Sequence record: MT596505.1
DNA from: Staphylococcus phage vB_SepM_BE08
Length of the DNA: 64,000 bases
Direction: 5' to 3' (one strand)
In this document: positions 29,477 to 39,925 of the stretch, piece after piece
How positions within the stretch are numbered: the first letter of the stretch is position 1
Layout of the letters: every line of letters begins with the position of its first letter
Notes under the pieces: generated by a model
The model's input: only the letters and a program-made list of their open reading frames with translations
Databases searched by the model: none
Told to the model about the DNA's origin: nothing
Program-made: the position numbers and the translations under genes

Positions 29477-29755
29477 ATGGCAAAAAAATTAGTAGCTTAT
29501 AACAAACAAGGTGAGAAATTAGCAACAGGAGAACCAGTAGAATCAGGTAAAGCGACAGTACAATTAACTGGTCTAACACCAGAAACAACTTATGCTAAAG
29601 GTGATTACCAAGTAGCAATTGATGAAGATGGTCGTGAAGGTGGCAAAGTAGACGTACCTGAATTTACAACAAAAGCTAAACCAGTTGCGGAACCAGCAAA
29701 TGTAGAAACTAGAGAAACAACAGATACAACAGCGGACATCTCAGCGGAAGTATAA
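29477..29755 (+). CDS. small beta-rich protein, paralog of 28069..28410
   Basis: MAKKLVAYNKQGEKLATGEPV...LTPETTYAKGDYQVA. The track start at 29465 is also possible. Confidence 0.5.
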   Translation: MAKKLVAYNKQGEKLATGEPVESGKATVQLTGLTPETTYAKGDYQVAIDEDGREGGKVDVPEFTTKAKPVAEPANVETRETTDTTADISAEV

Positions 29756-29772
29756 ATAGGAGGAATTAATCA

Positions 29773-29946
29773 ATGGAAAATGTATCACAAGAATTTCTAG
29801 CTAATTTAGCTCTAAATCATCAAAGTGCTTTAAATGAAAAACCATTAAAAGACGGAGATTATGATATTAGTTTTACATTAAACAATGTTCATTATTCTTT
29901 TAGTCAAAAAGATGGTTATTGGAAATGGTCGTTTAACGACAAGTAA
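29773..29946 (+). CDS. small protein (57 aa)
   Basis: Strong RBS (TAGGAGGAATTAAT). It is followed by a terminator. Confidence 0.4.
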   Translation: MENVSQEFLANLALNHQSALNEKPLKDGDYDISFTLNNVHYSFSQKDGYWKWSFNDK

Positions 29947-29952
29947 GTATTA

Positions 29953-29987
29953 AGGACTAGGATTCATTTCCTAGTCCTTATTTTTTA
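29953..29987 (+). terminator. rho-independent terminator (AGGACTAGGATTCATTTCCTAGTCCT followed by T6)
   Basis: Hairpin of the same CTAGG-palindrome family as the one at 16954. Confidence 0.7.
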
Positions 29988-29998
29988 GGAGGTCACTA

Positions 29999-30361
29999 AT
30001 GGAATTAGAAAAATTTTTATATATGTATAAAGCTCACGTAAATCGTGTTGTAGATGGTGATACAATTGTCGTTACCATAGACCACGGAATGAGAGTATAT
30101 TCAGAACAAAGAGTAAGAATTTTAGGTGTCGATACACCTGAGAGAGGACAAGAAAATTTTAAAAAGGCTTCTGAATTTACAAGAAGTAAATTAGAAAATA
30201 AAGAAGTTATAATACAAACTTATAAAGATGATTCTTTTGGTAGATATTTAGCTAACGTATATTTCCAAGAAGAAGGTACGTATAAAAATATATCCGTAGA
30301 ACTTATAAGCAAAGGGTTAACTAAACAAAATAGTAAGTGGAACAATACATTAAAAGACTAG
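29999..30361 (+). CDS. thermonuclease (staphylococcal nuclease / SNase-like)
   Basis: VDGDT...RILGVDTPE Ca-binding and catalytic motif of the SNase fold. Confidence 0.7.
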   Translation: MELEKFLYMYKAHVNRVVDGDTIVVTIDHGMRVYSEQRVRILGVDTPERGQENFKKASEFTRSKLENKEVIIQTYKDDSFGRYLANVYFQEEGTYKNISVELISKGLTKQNSKWNNTLKD

Positions 30362-30448
30362 TTATTTACTAGTCTTTTTTTTATTTTTAGTTGACAGATA
30401 TAGTTATTTATGGTATACTTTATTTAATAATTAATAAGAGAGGTGTAA

Positions 30449-30759
30449 TGATGAGTAACTTAGGTGATAAACTTAATCAAGTAACAGAAGAGAAAATAAA
30501 TAATCAATGTTTATCAGAGTACAAAGATAAAATTTTAAAATTTATAACTAACAAATTATATGAAGAAGCAAATAAAGGTAAATATAGTACAAATATAAGC
30601 TTATATCATGTTTATTCACATTTTGATATTTATCCTTCTAGTCAATTTACATTTGATATTTTAAATTATTTTAGACGTAATGGTGTTAGTGTTTACATTA
30701 AATATATAGATTCCGAATACCCTCACACTTTATACTATGAATTTAGTTGGGGAAAATAA
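30449..30759 (+). CDS. hypothetical protein
   Basis: Start set at the ATGATG that follows the RBS AGAGGTG. The track start at 30391 is rejected. Confidence 0.45.
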
Positions 30760-30798
30760 CTTTAAATTAGTAAAAAATAATAGAAAGTAGGTATAGTA

Positions 30799-31383
30799 AT
30801 GTATATTATTGTAGGACAAGATTTTGATGTAATTGATTACCAAGAAGTTTATACTGATTATAATGTATGTTTAGCAAACACAGAAAATGAAGCAAAAAAA
30901 ATTGTAGATTATTTAAATAAAAATACTTATGAAGGAGATTTATTTAAGTATATTAAAATATCTAGCTATTCTTTAGAAGAATTAAAAAATAAACATAGAT
31001 ATTATCATGTTTATGGTTATATTACTTTAGAACGTCAAAACCATGTATTTAAAGTTAAAGATAGTTCAATTAATAATTTAGATTATTACCCTTTCTTAGA
31101 ATATTTAAGTGAAGATGAAATTCTAGAAAATAATGAATACTATATGTATGAGTCTGGTGATGATAGGGTACCATATAAAATACATTGTTACAGTGTAAAT
31201 AAAAATAAAATTGATGTTAATATTGAACTACCTTTATCTCGAGATAAAGAAGAAACAAATAAACAATTTAAATTACTAGAAAATAAAATAAAATCAATTG
31301 TAGATAATATAGCTAAAGAAGATATACGTTCATCAAACAAATATAAACAAGAGATTGAAAATTTAAGTAAGGGAGAATTATAA
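30799..31383 (+). CDS. hypothetical protein
   Basis: 194-aa ORF. Confidence 0.5.
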   Translation: MYIIVGQDFDVIDYQEVYTDYNVCLANTENEAKKIVDYLNKNTYEGDLFKYIKISSYSLEELKNKHRYYHVYGYITLERQNHVFKVKDSSINNLDYYPFLEYLSEDEILENNEYYMYESGDDRVPYKIHCYSVNKNKIDVNIELPLSRDKEETNKQFKLLENKIKSIVDNIAKEDIRSSNKYKQEIENLSKGEL

Positions 31384-31385
31384 TT

Positions 31386-31640
31386 ATGCGTTTATATCAA
31401 GCAGAACACGATAATTGTGAGCAATATGAAGACAATTATTCTTATAGAGAAAATAAAGCTTATACAAATAAGGATAACTTAATTAAACGTATTAAAGAAG
31501 AAGGGTACGAAGAAAAAAGAAGCGGTTACCTTCAAGATGGGTACATTTATTACCATAAAGATAATATAGAAGATGTACCTCTTTTTAAGGAAGATATGAT
31601 TATAATCCATGAATTAGAAATTGTTAAAGAAAATACTTAA
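31386..31640 (+). CDS. hypothetical protein
   Basis: 84-aa ORF, translationally coupled to the previous gene. Confidence 0.45.
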   Translation: MRLYQAEHDNCEQYEDNYSYRENKAYTNKDNLIKRIKEEGYEEKRSGYLQDGYIYYHKDNIEDVPLFKEDMIIIHELEIVKENT

Positions 31641-31698
31641 CATAAAGATATTTTTTATAGTATAATAAAGGAAAAGATACTAGAAGGAGAGAATTATA

Positions 31699-32277
<579 letters not shown>

Positions 32278-32286
32278 TACTTATAT

Positions 32287-32316
32287 TTTATAAATAAAAG
32301 CAAGAGTTTTTATCTC
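32287..32316. terminator. bidirectional terminator hairpin (AAAGCAAGAG..CTCTTGCTTT) at the junction of the convergent blocks
   Basis: 10-bp inverted repeat flanked by T-runs on both strands. Confidence 0.6.
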
Positions 32317-33737
32317 TTGCTTTTTAAATTATCTATTTTACTTTGCAATATATCTATTTCTTTTTGGTAATCTCTTATTTCAAATTCATAAGCTTCATAT
32401 TCTATCTGATTTAATTTTTTTAATTTATTTATATACTCTCTTACAACTTTTTTATTTAATTTAGATTCTATAGATATTTCTTTTAAAGTTAAATTTTTTT
32501 CATATAATTTTTTAACTAATAAAATATTATCTGTATCATAGAAAGAGTTTTTGAAAACATTAAACCAATTAACATCAGTATTATATAAAGAAGAGTTTTT
32601 AATACTATTTTTAATGTATTCAAAGTCAGAAAGCTCAGCATTTATCTCTACATATTTAATACTATTATTAAGAACCGCGTCTTTTTTCTCTTTATCTACT
32701 CTTTGTTGTTCCTCTAAAGTTAGTTTAAATCTAGCACCTTCTCTTAACTCTTTATAATGTTGAGCACCATGAACTTCTATTACACAATCTAAATTTGGTA
32801 AATAGAAATCATACCTTCTTCTTTTTAAGAAATCAAAAGTCTTTTCTTGTATATAAGAAATACCTAACTCATCTAAGTAAGCTTTAACGACTTTTTCTGG
32901 ATAACTTCTTTTTATATTAAATTTACTTTTGTTTTCTTTATTTTTACTTTTTAATTCCGCACAATAACCACAATTTTTTTGTACTCCATTTAAAAAATGG
33001 TCTACTCTAACCTTCTTAACTGTACCGCAAGTTAAACACTTAACTTTAAACATATTTCTTGTATTTATAGTACCATCCTTATTTATAAACTCTTCATTAA
33101 AATAATCAACTATCTCATAGTTATTATTTACTTCACCTATTAAATTTTTATTAGCATCAGAGTTCTTGTTAGCTAAATAAGATATATTACAAGTAAAGAA
33201 ATTATACTCATTATATAACCTATTTTTATTATCATGTTCTAATCTTATATAACCAATTTCTTTACCCTTATTATTATATTTAGTAAAATAGTCTAAGATA
33301 GTGACGTAACCCTTATAGTTATTAAATTCAAAGTAAACATCACAACCAATACTATTTTTTAAATCTACTTTACCATTATTTTTTAGCGGTAAGCTTTCAT
33401 AATACATCTTTCTTTTAGCTGATTCTTTACTGTGTCCTAATTTATCACCTACTATACTTTTAAGTGATACATTTAAAAAACTTTCTTTATTTATAACATA
33501 ATATTTATTATCATACTTTAATTTTAAACGAGCTTTTTTATTATCTTTAGTACTAGGTAAATATTCTTCTATTACTATATAACCTTTAACACCTATATAC
33601 TCAAAAGGAACTTCTGTATTATTACATTTTTTAAAATCATATACTTCTTTTCCAGATGGTTGTATTTTAGTAGGTACATTATTTAAGTCTATGTAACAAG
33701 GTTTATTATTTTTATATACTTTAATTATTTTATCCAT
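32310..33737 (-). CDS. free-standing homing endonuclease-like protein with repeated N-terminal modules, a Zn-ribbon and a Vsr/DUF559-like nuclease domain
   Basis: CLTCGTVKKVRVDHFLNGVQKNCGYC, then YDFYLPNLDCVIEVHGAQHY. This C-terminus is homologous to that of the intron HEG at 7763..8725. Confidence 0.65.
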   Translation of the reverse strand: MDKIIKVYKNNKPCYIDLNNVPTKIQPSGKEVYDFKKCNNTEVPFEYIGVKGYIVIEEYLPSTKDNKKARLKLKYDNKYYVINKESFLNVSLKSIVGDKLGHSKESAKRKMYYESLPLKNNGKVDLKNSIGCDVYFEFNNYKGYVTILDYFTKYNNKGKEIGYIRLEHDNKNRLYNEYNFFTCNISYLANKNSDANKNLIGEVNNNYEIVDYFNEEFINKDGTINTRNMFKVKCLTCGTVKKVRVDHFLNGVQKNCGYCAELKSKNKENKSKFNIKRSYPEKVVKAYLDELGISYIQEKTFDFLKRRRYDFYLPNLDCVIEVHGAQHYKELREGARFKLTLEEQQRVDKEKKDAVLNNSIKYVEINAELSDFEYIKNSIKNSSLYNTDVNWFNVFKNSFYDTDNILLVKKLYEKNLTLKEISIESKLNKKVVREYINKLKKLNQIEYEAYEFEIRDYQKEIDILQSKIDNLKSKR

Positions 33738-34039
33738 TTAATATTTCTCCTTATTATTTTTTATCCTAGGTATAGTATAATATAACAAAAATTAACGGGG
33801 AAGGGTATGAGTACATAAGAAAGTTATTTATTATTTTTTTTGTTGACTTTTGTAGATTATAGTTTATTTTTAAGGTGGTTTATAGGGAACCTGAGGTAGG
33901 TATACTAGGGTATTATTACACCCCTTGTTTATGGCAATTTATAACGGGGCGTATATATAAAAAAATTATACAATATCATAGATATATTAATTCACTCTTT
34001 AACTATTCCTTTTTATATTTATTTATAAAAATTTTTTTA

Positions 34040-34092
34040 TTTTATATTTTTAAAAACAAAAAAATACAAAGGGAATTATTCCCCTTTGTACT
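34040..34092 (-). terminator. rho-independent terminator on the minus strand (CAAAGGGGAATAATTCCCTTTG followed by a T-run)
   Basis: Hairpin followed by TATTTTTTTGTTTTT, reading on the minus strand. Confidence 0.55.
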
Positions 34093-34354
34093 CTCTTACT
34101 AATATCTCTAGTTCTTCATCTTCTATTGTTTCTAAGTCTTCTAGTTGTTCATCTATTGAAGCATTTTCAATGCTTAACGCTTCTGTTAGCTCTTCATATG
34201 TTAAGCTCTCATTGATAGCTTCTAATCGTTCTCTAGACAATTCTTTCAGTTCTTCTAATAGTTCTGTTTGTCTTCTTTCTTCTTCTCTTTCTTGTTGCTC
34301 TTGTTCTCTCTCAGATTGTAAATACTCGATTTCATATTGTTCTAATGTTTTCAT
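34076..34354 (-). CDS. very acidic coiled-coil protein (92 aa)
   Basis: Consensus early promoter upstream (TTGACA, 18 nt, TATAAT at about 34386-34415) and RBS AAGGAG. Confidence 0.5.
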   Translation of the reverse strand: MKTLEQYEIEYLQSEREQEQQEREEERRQTELLEELKELSRERLEAINESLTYEELTEALSIENASIDEQLEDLETIEDEELEILVREYKGE

Positions 34355-34385
34355 TTAAATACAACTCCTTTGATTTGTTAATTAC

Positions 34386-34416
34386 ATTATAGCATTATAT
34401 GTTAGATATTGTCAAC
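34386..34416 (-). promoter_or_regulatory. early promoter with UP element (AAAAAACC TGTTGACA, 18 nt, TATAAT); representative of about 22 copies
   Basis: Reverse complement of the plus strand reads AAAAAAACCTGTTGACAATATCTAACATATAATGCTATAAT. Confidence 0.6.
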
Positions 34417-34424
34417 AGGTTTTT

Positions 34425-34562
34425 TTAATCTTTTTCAATAACATATTTAACAATGTTATTATCGAGTTTGTGCTCAATATCTACCATTGAACAGTTAGGA
34501 GTTACCTCTTCACGTGTGACTCTCACAGCCTCGTCAAGAGCTCTTTTTGTTTCCTCGTTCAT
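34425..34562 (-). CDS. small protein (45 aa)
   Basis: MNEETKRALDEAV... with an RBS (AAGGAATTGAATAC). Confidence 0.3.
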   Translation of the reverse strand: MNEETKRALDEAVRVTREEVTPNCSMVDIEHKLDNNIVKYVIEKD

Positions 34563-34621
34563 TTGTATTCAATTCCTTTCTTTTCTTTAATATGAAGCTA
34601 TAAGGTGCCTTATAACTAATA

Positions 34622-34969
34622 CTAGAATTCTTCTACCTCTTCAACCATTTCAAAATATTGTTCTTGCTCTGCTGTTGGTTCTTGTCCTTGTTTTACTAAA
34701 ATCCAACCACTCTCTGGCACATGTTGAATCATTCCTGTTCTTTCATGTGCTTGTTTCCAAAAGTCTTCTGTGTATCTGTCTATATCGTCAAACAATACCT
34801 CAATTATACGATGGTCTTCTGTACGACAACCGTCATAAAACATGCCACTGATTAAAGTACCATCATCTAAGATGTAAATTGCTTCATCTAAATTCTCTGT
34901 AGTTTCTACGCCTTCCGCTTCAAATAGTTCAATAATTTCTTCATTTGTTAATGTTCTCATTACTAACAA
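34622..34969 (-). CDS. hypothetical acidic protein
   Basis: 115-aa ORF. An early promoter (TGTTGACA) lies at about 35014-35019 on the reverse strand. Confidence 0.55.
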   Translation of the reverse strand: MLVMRTLTNEEIIELFEAEGVETTENLDEAIYILDDGTLISGMFYDGCRTEDHRIIEVLFDDIDRYTEDFWKQAHERTGMIQHVPESGWILVKQGQEPTAEQEQYFEMVEEVEEF

Positions 34970-35049
34970 CTCCCTTTTCTTTATATATCTATAATAACAT
35001 GATATATAAATGTTGTCAACACTTTTTTATTTAAAATATTAAACGGAAA

Positions 35050-35334
35050 TTATTCCGCTTCTTCTTGCATAGCAATAAAATCATTATATTTTTCTTCATT
35101 ATCTGTATAAGTAATTATCAAATCTGAAGACCATTCATTTAAATAAACCTCTTCAATAATTGCATATTTACGAACGATACGACCAAATTTTATTTTTTCT
35201 TGGCTATTGTCTATTGTGAATTCATCCGCAAGTGAGCCGATGAATCTATTAACCTCTAACCCCCAATCTGAACATTGTTCAACTAAATTTTCCGCAATTT
35301 CTAGTGTAATTTGTTTCTTAATATCTTTTTTCAT
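35050..35334 (-). CDS. hypothetical protein
   Basis: 94-aa ORF with an early promoter at about 35390. Confidence 0.5.
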   Translation of the reverse strand: MKKDIKKQITLEIAENLVEQCSDWGLEVNRFIGSLADEFTIDNSQEKIKFGRIVRKYAIIEEVYLNEWSSDLIITYTDNEEKYNDFIAMQEEAE

Positions 35335-35406
35335 TTGTAATAATTCCTTTCTTAACTTTCTATAATTATAATATCATGTTATAGTTACGTTGTCAATAGT
35401 TTTTTT

Positions 35407-35736
35407 TTAAATTTCTAAATATCTTTTTTTGTCTGTATCTGGGTTGTGAATTTCAATTTTTAAAGTTGTATCATTATTAAATACTGAGCAAATTGTTTCA
35501 TTATCTAAATTCATTAATTTGTTGTTAATTACATAATCAAAAATTTCATCCATTAGTTTATCTTCTTTTTCAGTGTTTGGCTTATCTTCATATAAATCCT
35601 TACCATCGTTAAAGTTTTCAATATCCATAAAGTTATAGTTTGATAAAAATTCATTTTTGAAATTTGTCATAGTAATCAATTCCTCTCTTGTTTTAATTTC
35701 TATATTTATATTAACATGTATTATGTAAGGTGTCAA
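35407..35736 (-). CDS. hypothetical protein
   Basis: 109-aa ORF with tandem early promoters upstream (about 35731 and 35823). Confidence 0.5.
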   Translation of the reverse strand: MTPYIIHVNINIEIKTREELITMTNFKNEFLSNYNFMDIENFNDGKDLYEDKPNTEKEDKLMDEIFDYVINNKLMNLDNETICSVFNNDTTLKIEIHNPDTDKKRYLEI

Positions 35737-35843
35737 TACCTTTTTTTATTTTTTTCTGTAAGGTGTGGGAGTTTTCCGCTCCCTTAACCTTACATCTTTA
35801 TATTATCATAGTTTCAAATTACTGTCAATAGTTTTTTTAAAAT

Positions 35844-36182
35844 TTATTCTACAAATTCTATAGGCTCAATTTCCCCGTCTTCTAGTAGTTCATTGTAGCG
35901 TTCTACAATTTCATTGTAATTGTCTTTCAATAGTTCTTTATAGTCTAGGTTGTCTAAGCTGTCTAAGTTACCGTAAACGTTAATCGTGAAATAATCATCA
36001 TTCCAATCAAACTCTCCAAAGTGTGCCATTCTTAAGATTTCAGTAACTGATGTGTCTACTAAAATATCGTCTAGTTCATCCATTGGATTATAGTCAAATT
36101 CTTCTAAACTGTCATCCCATGCGTTAACCTCTCTTACGATTTCTTTTAATTGTTCTACTGTGTATTTTTTCATTTTAATCAA
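35844..36182 (-). CDS. hypothetical acidic protein
   Basis: 112-aa ORF with tandem early promoters upstream (about 36242 and 36333). Confidence 0.5.
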   Translation of the reverse strand: MIKMKKYTVEQLKEIVREVNAWDDSLEEFDYNPMDELDDILVDTSVTEILRMAHFGEFDWNDDYFTINVYGNLDSLDNLDYKELLKDNYNEIVERYNELLEDGEIEPIEFVE

Positions 36183-36489
36183 TTCCTTTTCTTTGTTTTT
36201 GTTTTTCTTTCTATAATTATAATACCATGTGCTTTAGTTTCTGTCAATACTTTTTTTAAAGTTTTTTTTATTTTTTTCTGTAAGGTGTTTCCTTAACCTT
36301 ACAACTATATAATATCAAATAGTGAAGAGATTGTCAACACTATTTGATAAAAATATTTATACTATCTTGAATACTAATCAAGTAATCAAGAGTAGTTATA
36401 ATAGTTGTGCCACCTACTAAGGTAACCAAAGCGTCAGTTAATTCTGTGCTTTTATATGATTTGTTTTTATATTTAAATTTAATCATTTT

Positions 36490-36738
36490 TTAAGCTCCTT
36501 TTTTTATATATTTTGTTTTATTATCATTAAGAATAAGTTTAACACATTTAGGAGTAGTAGATATTTCTTTTGTTCCTGTGCCATATAGATTTAAACATGA
36601 TAAATTTATTTTATAGAACAAATCATCACATTCTTCAATGTTAGACCATTGAGAAACATCAGGTGTTATAGTTCCCTGCTCTTTAATTCTTTCGTATGTG
36701 TCGGCTATATAGTTTTTATAATTATTCATTTGTAACAA
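36490..36738 (-). CDS. hypothetical protein
   Basis: 82-aa ORF with an early promoter at about 36787. Confidence 0.45.
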   Translation of the reverse strand: MLQMNNYKNYIADTYERIKEQGTITPDVSQWSNIEECDDLFYKINLSCLNLYGTGTKEISTTPKCVKLILNDNKTKYIKKGA

Positions 36739-36808
36739 TTCCTTTCTTTATTTGTTAAGTTAATAATAACATGTGTTGGGGTTGAGTGTCAACCCCTTTA
36801 TTTAATTT

Positions 36809-36949
36809 TTATTTTTGTAACTCTTCTAGTTCTTTTTTAGCTTTCTTAATCTCTCTTCTTGCTTCCGCTTCTTCTTTCTTAGTAAGGTCTTGGAATTCCA
36901 ATTCCATTTCTAAGTTCTCGATAATGCTTTCTAGTTCTAATTCTCTCAT
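36809..36949 (-). CDS. small coiled-coil protein (46 aa)
   Basis: MRELELESIIENLEMELEF... Promoter at about 37007. The leader and RBS are identical to those of the neighbouring gene (TTGTAACAATTCCTTTCTTTATTTGTTAAGTTAATAAT). Confidence 0.35.
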   Translation of the reverse strand: MRELELESIIENLEMELEFQDLTKKEEAEARREIKKAKKELEELQK

Positions 36950-37339
36950 TTGTAACAATTCCTTTCTTTATTTGTTAAGTTAATAATATCATAAAGGCTT
37001 GAGAGTGTCAAGCCTTTATTTAATTTTTTTATTGTGGAAATCTTCCAGTATCTTCTAGCGTTTCATTACCTTTGAACGTTGGGTAATATTCTAATTCTTC
37101 CACCCATTCGTTAAATTCTACACTATCTAATAATTGGTCTAAATTCATTTCTATCAATTCCTTTTCTGTTTGATTTGTTATCTTTATATTAACATGTAAG
37201 TTTCAGATTGTCAACACATTTTATTAATTTTTTTATTTCTTTTTTTTTGTGTTGTTCCCTGTTCCTTACAAATACTATTATATCAAATATACTATATAAG
37301 TCAATAGTTTTTTAAAAGAAAAAAGTGTAAAATTTACCT

Positions 37340-37386
37340 ATTGACAAATGGTAGTTTTTAATATATAATAGAAGTGATGACCTTTT
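37340..37386 (+). promoter_or_regulatory. plus-strand promoter (TTGACA, 17 nt, TATAAT) with a conserved downstream box GAAGTGATGAC and an upstream operator-like GTGTAAAATTTACC; it is antisense relative to the early block
   Basis: CCTATTGACAAATGGTAGTTTTTAATATATAATAGAAGTGATGACC. A near-identical unit recurs at 40166-40225. Confidence 0.45.
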
Positions 37387-37593
37387 TTAGTATAAGAATA
37401 AAATTAAATAATTTTTTTATTTAATAAAAATTAGGTTAGGTCTTTCCTGTTACCCCTCTTGGGCAACTCTGGTATCTCTACAATTATTATTATACAGTAG
37501 TAAGCAAATAAAGTCAATAGATATTTAAAAGAAATTTTACACCTTAAATTTTAATATATAAAAAATGAATATAAATTTAAACAAACAAAATAA

Positions 37594-37619
37594 CCTAGGA
37601 ATTTAATCCTAGGTTATTC
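37594..37619. terminator. bidirectional terminator palindrome AACCTAGGAATTTAATCCTAGGTT
   Basis: Perfect 10-bp arms. The same palindrome occurs at 39053-39075. Confidence 0.55.
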
Positions 37620-37629
37620 TATAACTTTT

Positions 37630-38199
37630 TTAATTATTTTCATTGAATTCTTTAAATAATTCTAATTGATTATTTTTAAAATCAGTTATATATTTATAAC
37701 CTTTTCTAACTGCTTTTAAATCTTTAAACATATAATATAAACTGTCTTGTAATTCTTCAAATTCTGCTTGCAAGTCGTCTTGCAAGTCTTCTATATCGTC
37801 ATTCAAGTTACTGTAATATTCTTCAAAGTTATCTGATAGGAATACGTCTTCAAGCTCATTTAATCCATAGCCTAGAACGTCAAATATATCTTCATTGTCT
37901 TGTACGTCAAATAATTCAAAGTCAGTCATTACGCTTTTAGGTACGATTTTGAATGATGAAGTTGTTCCTAGTTGTTCTGTTTCTAACCCATTGTCTTTTA
38001 GGTATTCTGTAAATTCATCAAATTCAAGCTCACAGAAGCTATTAAACATTCTCATATCTTCTTCAGTTTCTAAAGTGAAAGCAACATCATGAAGCTTCAC
38101 ATTTGTATAGCCTAGCTTTTCTACATGTTTTTTAATATTCATAAATTGTTTATTTAATTTTTCTGTTTCTTTTTTAATTTCATTATATAGTTTTTTCAT
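37630..38199 (-). CDS. hypothetical acidic protein (189 aa)
   Basis: Early promoter at about 38294. The conserved leader is ACAAGGTTAAGGAA...AAATAAAAAAATTATAGAATTTGAAGGGAA, followed by ATG. Confidence 0.55.
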   Translation of the reverse strand: MKKLYNEIKKETEKLNKQFMNIKKHVEKLGYTNVKLHDVAFTLETEEDMRMFNSFCELEFDEFTEYLKDNGLETEQLGTTSSFKIVPKSVMTDFELFDVQDNEDIFDVLGYGLNELEDVFLSDNFEEYYSNLNDDIEDLQDDLQAEFEELQDSLYYMFKDLKAVRKGYKYITDFKNNQLELFKEFNENN

Positions 38200-38310
38200 T
38201 TAAATCAGTTCCCTTCAAATTCTATAATTTTTTTATTTGCTTTAGGTCATTTCCTTAACCTTGTGTCTTAATAATAACATGTTGTGTTTAAGTTGTCAAT
38301 AGTTATTTTG

Positions 38311-38442
38311 AATATTTTACAATTTTATTTGCTTTCAAAAATGTAACATCTTGACGGTAGTTTTTTAATTCTTCTGCAAAATTTTCATTATTTTTCATAC
38401 CGATTAATTTTAAAGTTGTTGTAATTTTTTTCATTTAAATCA
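38311..38442 (-). CDS. small basic protein (43 aa)
   Basis: MKKITTTLKLIGMKNNENF... Its promoter (at about 38547), leader and RBS are identical to those of the previous gene. Confidence 0.35.
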
Positions 38443-39122
38443 ATTCCCTTCAAATTCTATAATTTTTTTATTTAATTTCTTTAGGTTAGAAGCGGTTGAC
38501 CGCTTCCTTAACCTTACAATTATATAATATCATAGTTTCAAGTGACTGTCAACACTTTTTAAAAAATTAATTCTTTTTCTTTTTTACTATCCATATACAT
38601 TTTTATTTCACAACATAACCAAAGTGTTATCATTTGTAACAACCCCTAATTAATAATTTTTTTATATAATTCTTGTAAGGTTTGTTATTTCTTTCCCTTA
38701 CAACTATTATATTACTACACATTAAAACCAATTGCAACCCCTAAATGCAAATTTTTTTAAGAAAAAAAATAATAAAAAAGTTGGTAAAACCCCTTTACAA
38801 ATACCGTAGAATTTGTTATTCTATATATAGAAAGAAAGCGGTGACCTGCATCCATGTCCGCTATATAAATGAAGTTGTAGGGGGAAAGACCAACCCTAAA
38901 CCTTTTTATATAAAAAAGTTATTTAATTTTATTTTTATATTAAAAAAAGATTCCCACTCTATTATAGCATTTTTAATATAATATTGTCAAGTGTTAATTT
39001 TACACCTTTATTTTTATTATATAATTTTTTTATATAAATTTAAAAAATAAAAAACCTAGGAATTTAATCCTAGGCTTAATATTATTTAATATAATTTTTT
39101 TTTATTTAATTCAGAAGCGGTA

Positions 39123-39404
39123 TTATTTAACCGCTTCTATTTCCTTAACTGTTTCTAGTGCCCATTTGATAGTTTCTTCAATGTTGTAGCTTTGGAACAC
39201 TACACCGCCACCGAACCATTTGGCAGTGTACTTTTTAAAACCGTATAGCTTGTTAATATCGTCATAATCCCAAAGGCTAATACCTAGGTCGCTAAAGTGT
39301 ACTACATATCTAGGGTTTCCGTTATTATCATTTTCAATTCTGAACACTGTAATCTCGTTTCCATTTACTGTCACTGTTTCTTCATATTTAAAATTCTTTT
39401 TCAT
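39123..39404 (-). CDS. hypothetical protein
   Basis: 93-aa ORF with an early promoter at about 39499. Confidence 0.5.
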   Translation of the reverse strand: MKKNFKYEETVTVNGNEITVFRIENDNNGNPRYVVHFSDLGISLWDYDDINKLYGFKKYTAKWFGGGVVFQSYNIEETIKWALETVKEIEAVK

Positions 39405-39607
39405 TTAAATCAAATCCTTTTCTATATATTTTTTATTAAATTTCTATTCCGTGTGCTTGATTACCTTACATCTTTATATTACCATGTATCTTATAAGCTG
39501 TCAACACCTTTTTTTAATTTTTTTATTTTTTTTCTTGTTGTTGTTGTTTCCTTTTCCCTTACAAGTATTATTATAGCAAATAGGGGTTTTGATTGCAACC
39601 CCTAATT

Positions 39608-39925
39608 TTAAATTATTTCATCAAAAACAATTTCCCCGTTATCAATAACGATAACGCCACCTTGTACAATAAAGAAAGTTAACCCTTTATATTCCCGTGC
39701 TATTCCGTAATCATAAGGCGTTTTACCAAATAGCTTATTTCTTTTATAAAAAGTAATATCTTCACTATATAAGCCACTAGGTACATGTACAGTCAATTCT
39801 GGATGCCAACCTGTACCCCCTAAATCGTTTCGGTATAAGTTTTTGGACTTATAACCATCATAACCAAATGTTTCCATTATATTATTTGCAATTAATTCTA
39901 TATTATTTTTATACAATATTATCAA
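39608..39925 (-). CDS. hypothetical protein
   Basis: 105-aa ORF. Confidence 0.45.
   Translation of the reverse strand: MIILYKNNIELIANNIMETFGYDGYKSKNLYRNDLGGTGWHPELTVHVPSGLYSEDITFYKRNKLFGKTPYDYGIAREYKGLTFFIVQGGVIVIDNGEIVFDEII

Noticed and set aside
32551-32757. Plus-strand 68-aa ORF
   Set aside because: Antisense inside the HEG gene.
33875-34358. ORFs 33875-34102 (plus strand) and 34086-34358 (plus strand)
   Set aside because: The first runs through a terminator hairpin and is low-complexity. The second is the antisense shadow of the acidic gene 34076-34354.
36786-39605. Plus-strand ORFs 36786-36983, 37895-38092, 38745-38981 and 39297-39605
   Set aside because: They are antisense to better-supported minus-strand genes or span promoter and terminator elements, and their translations are low-complexity.
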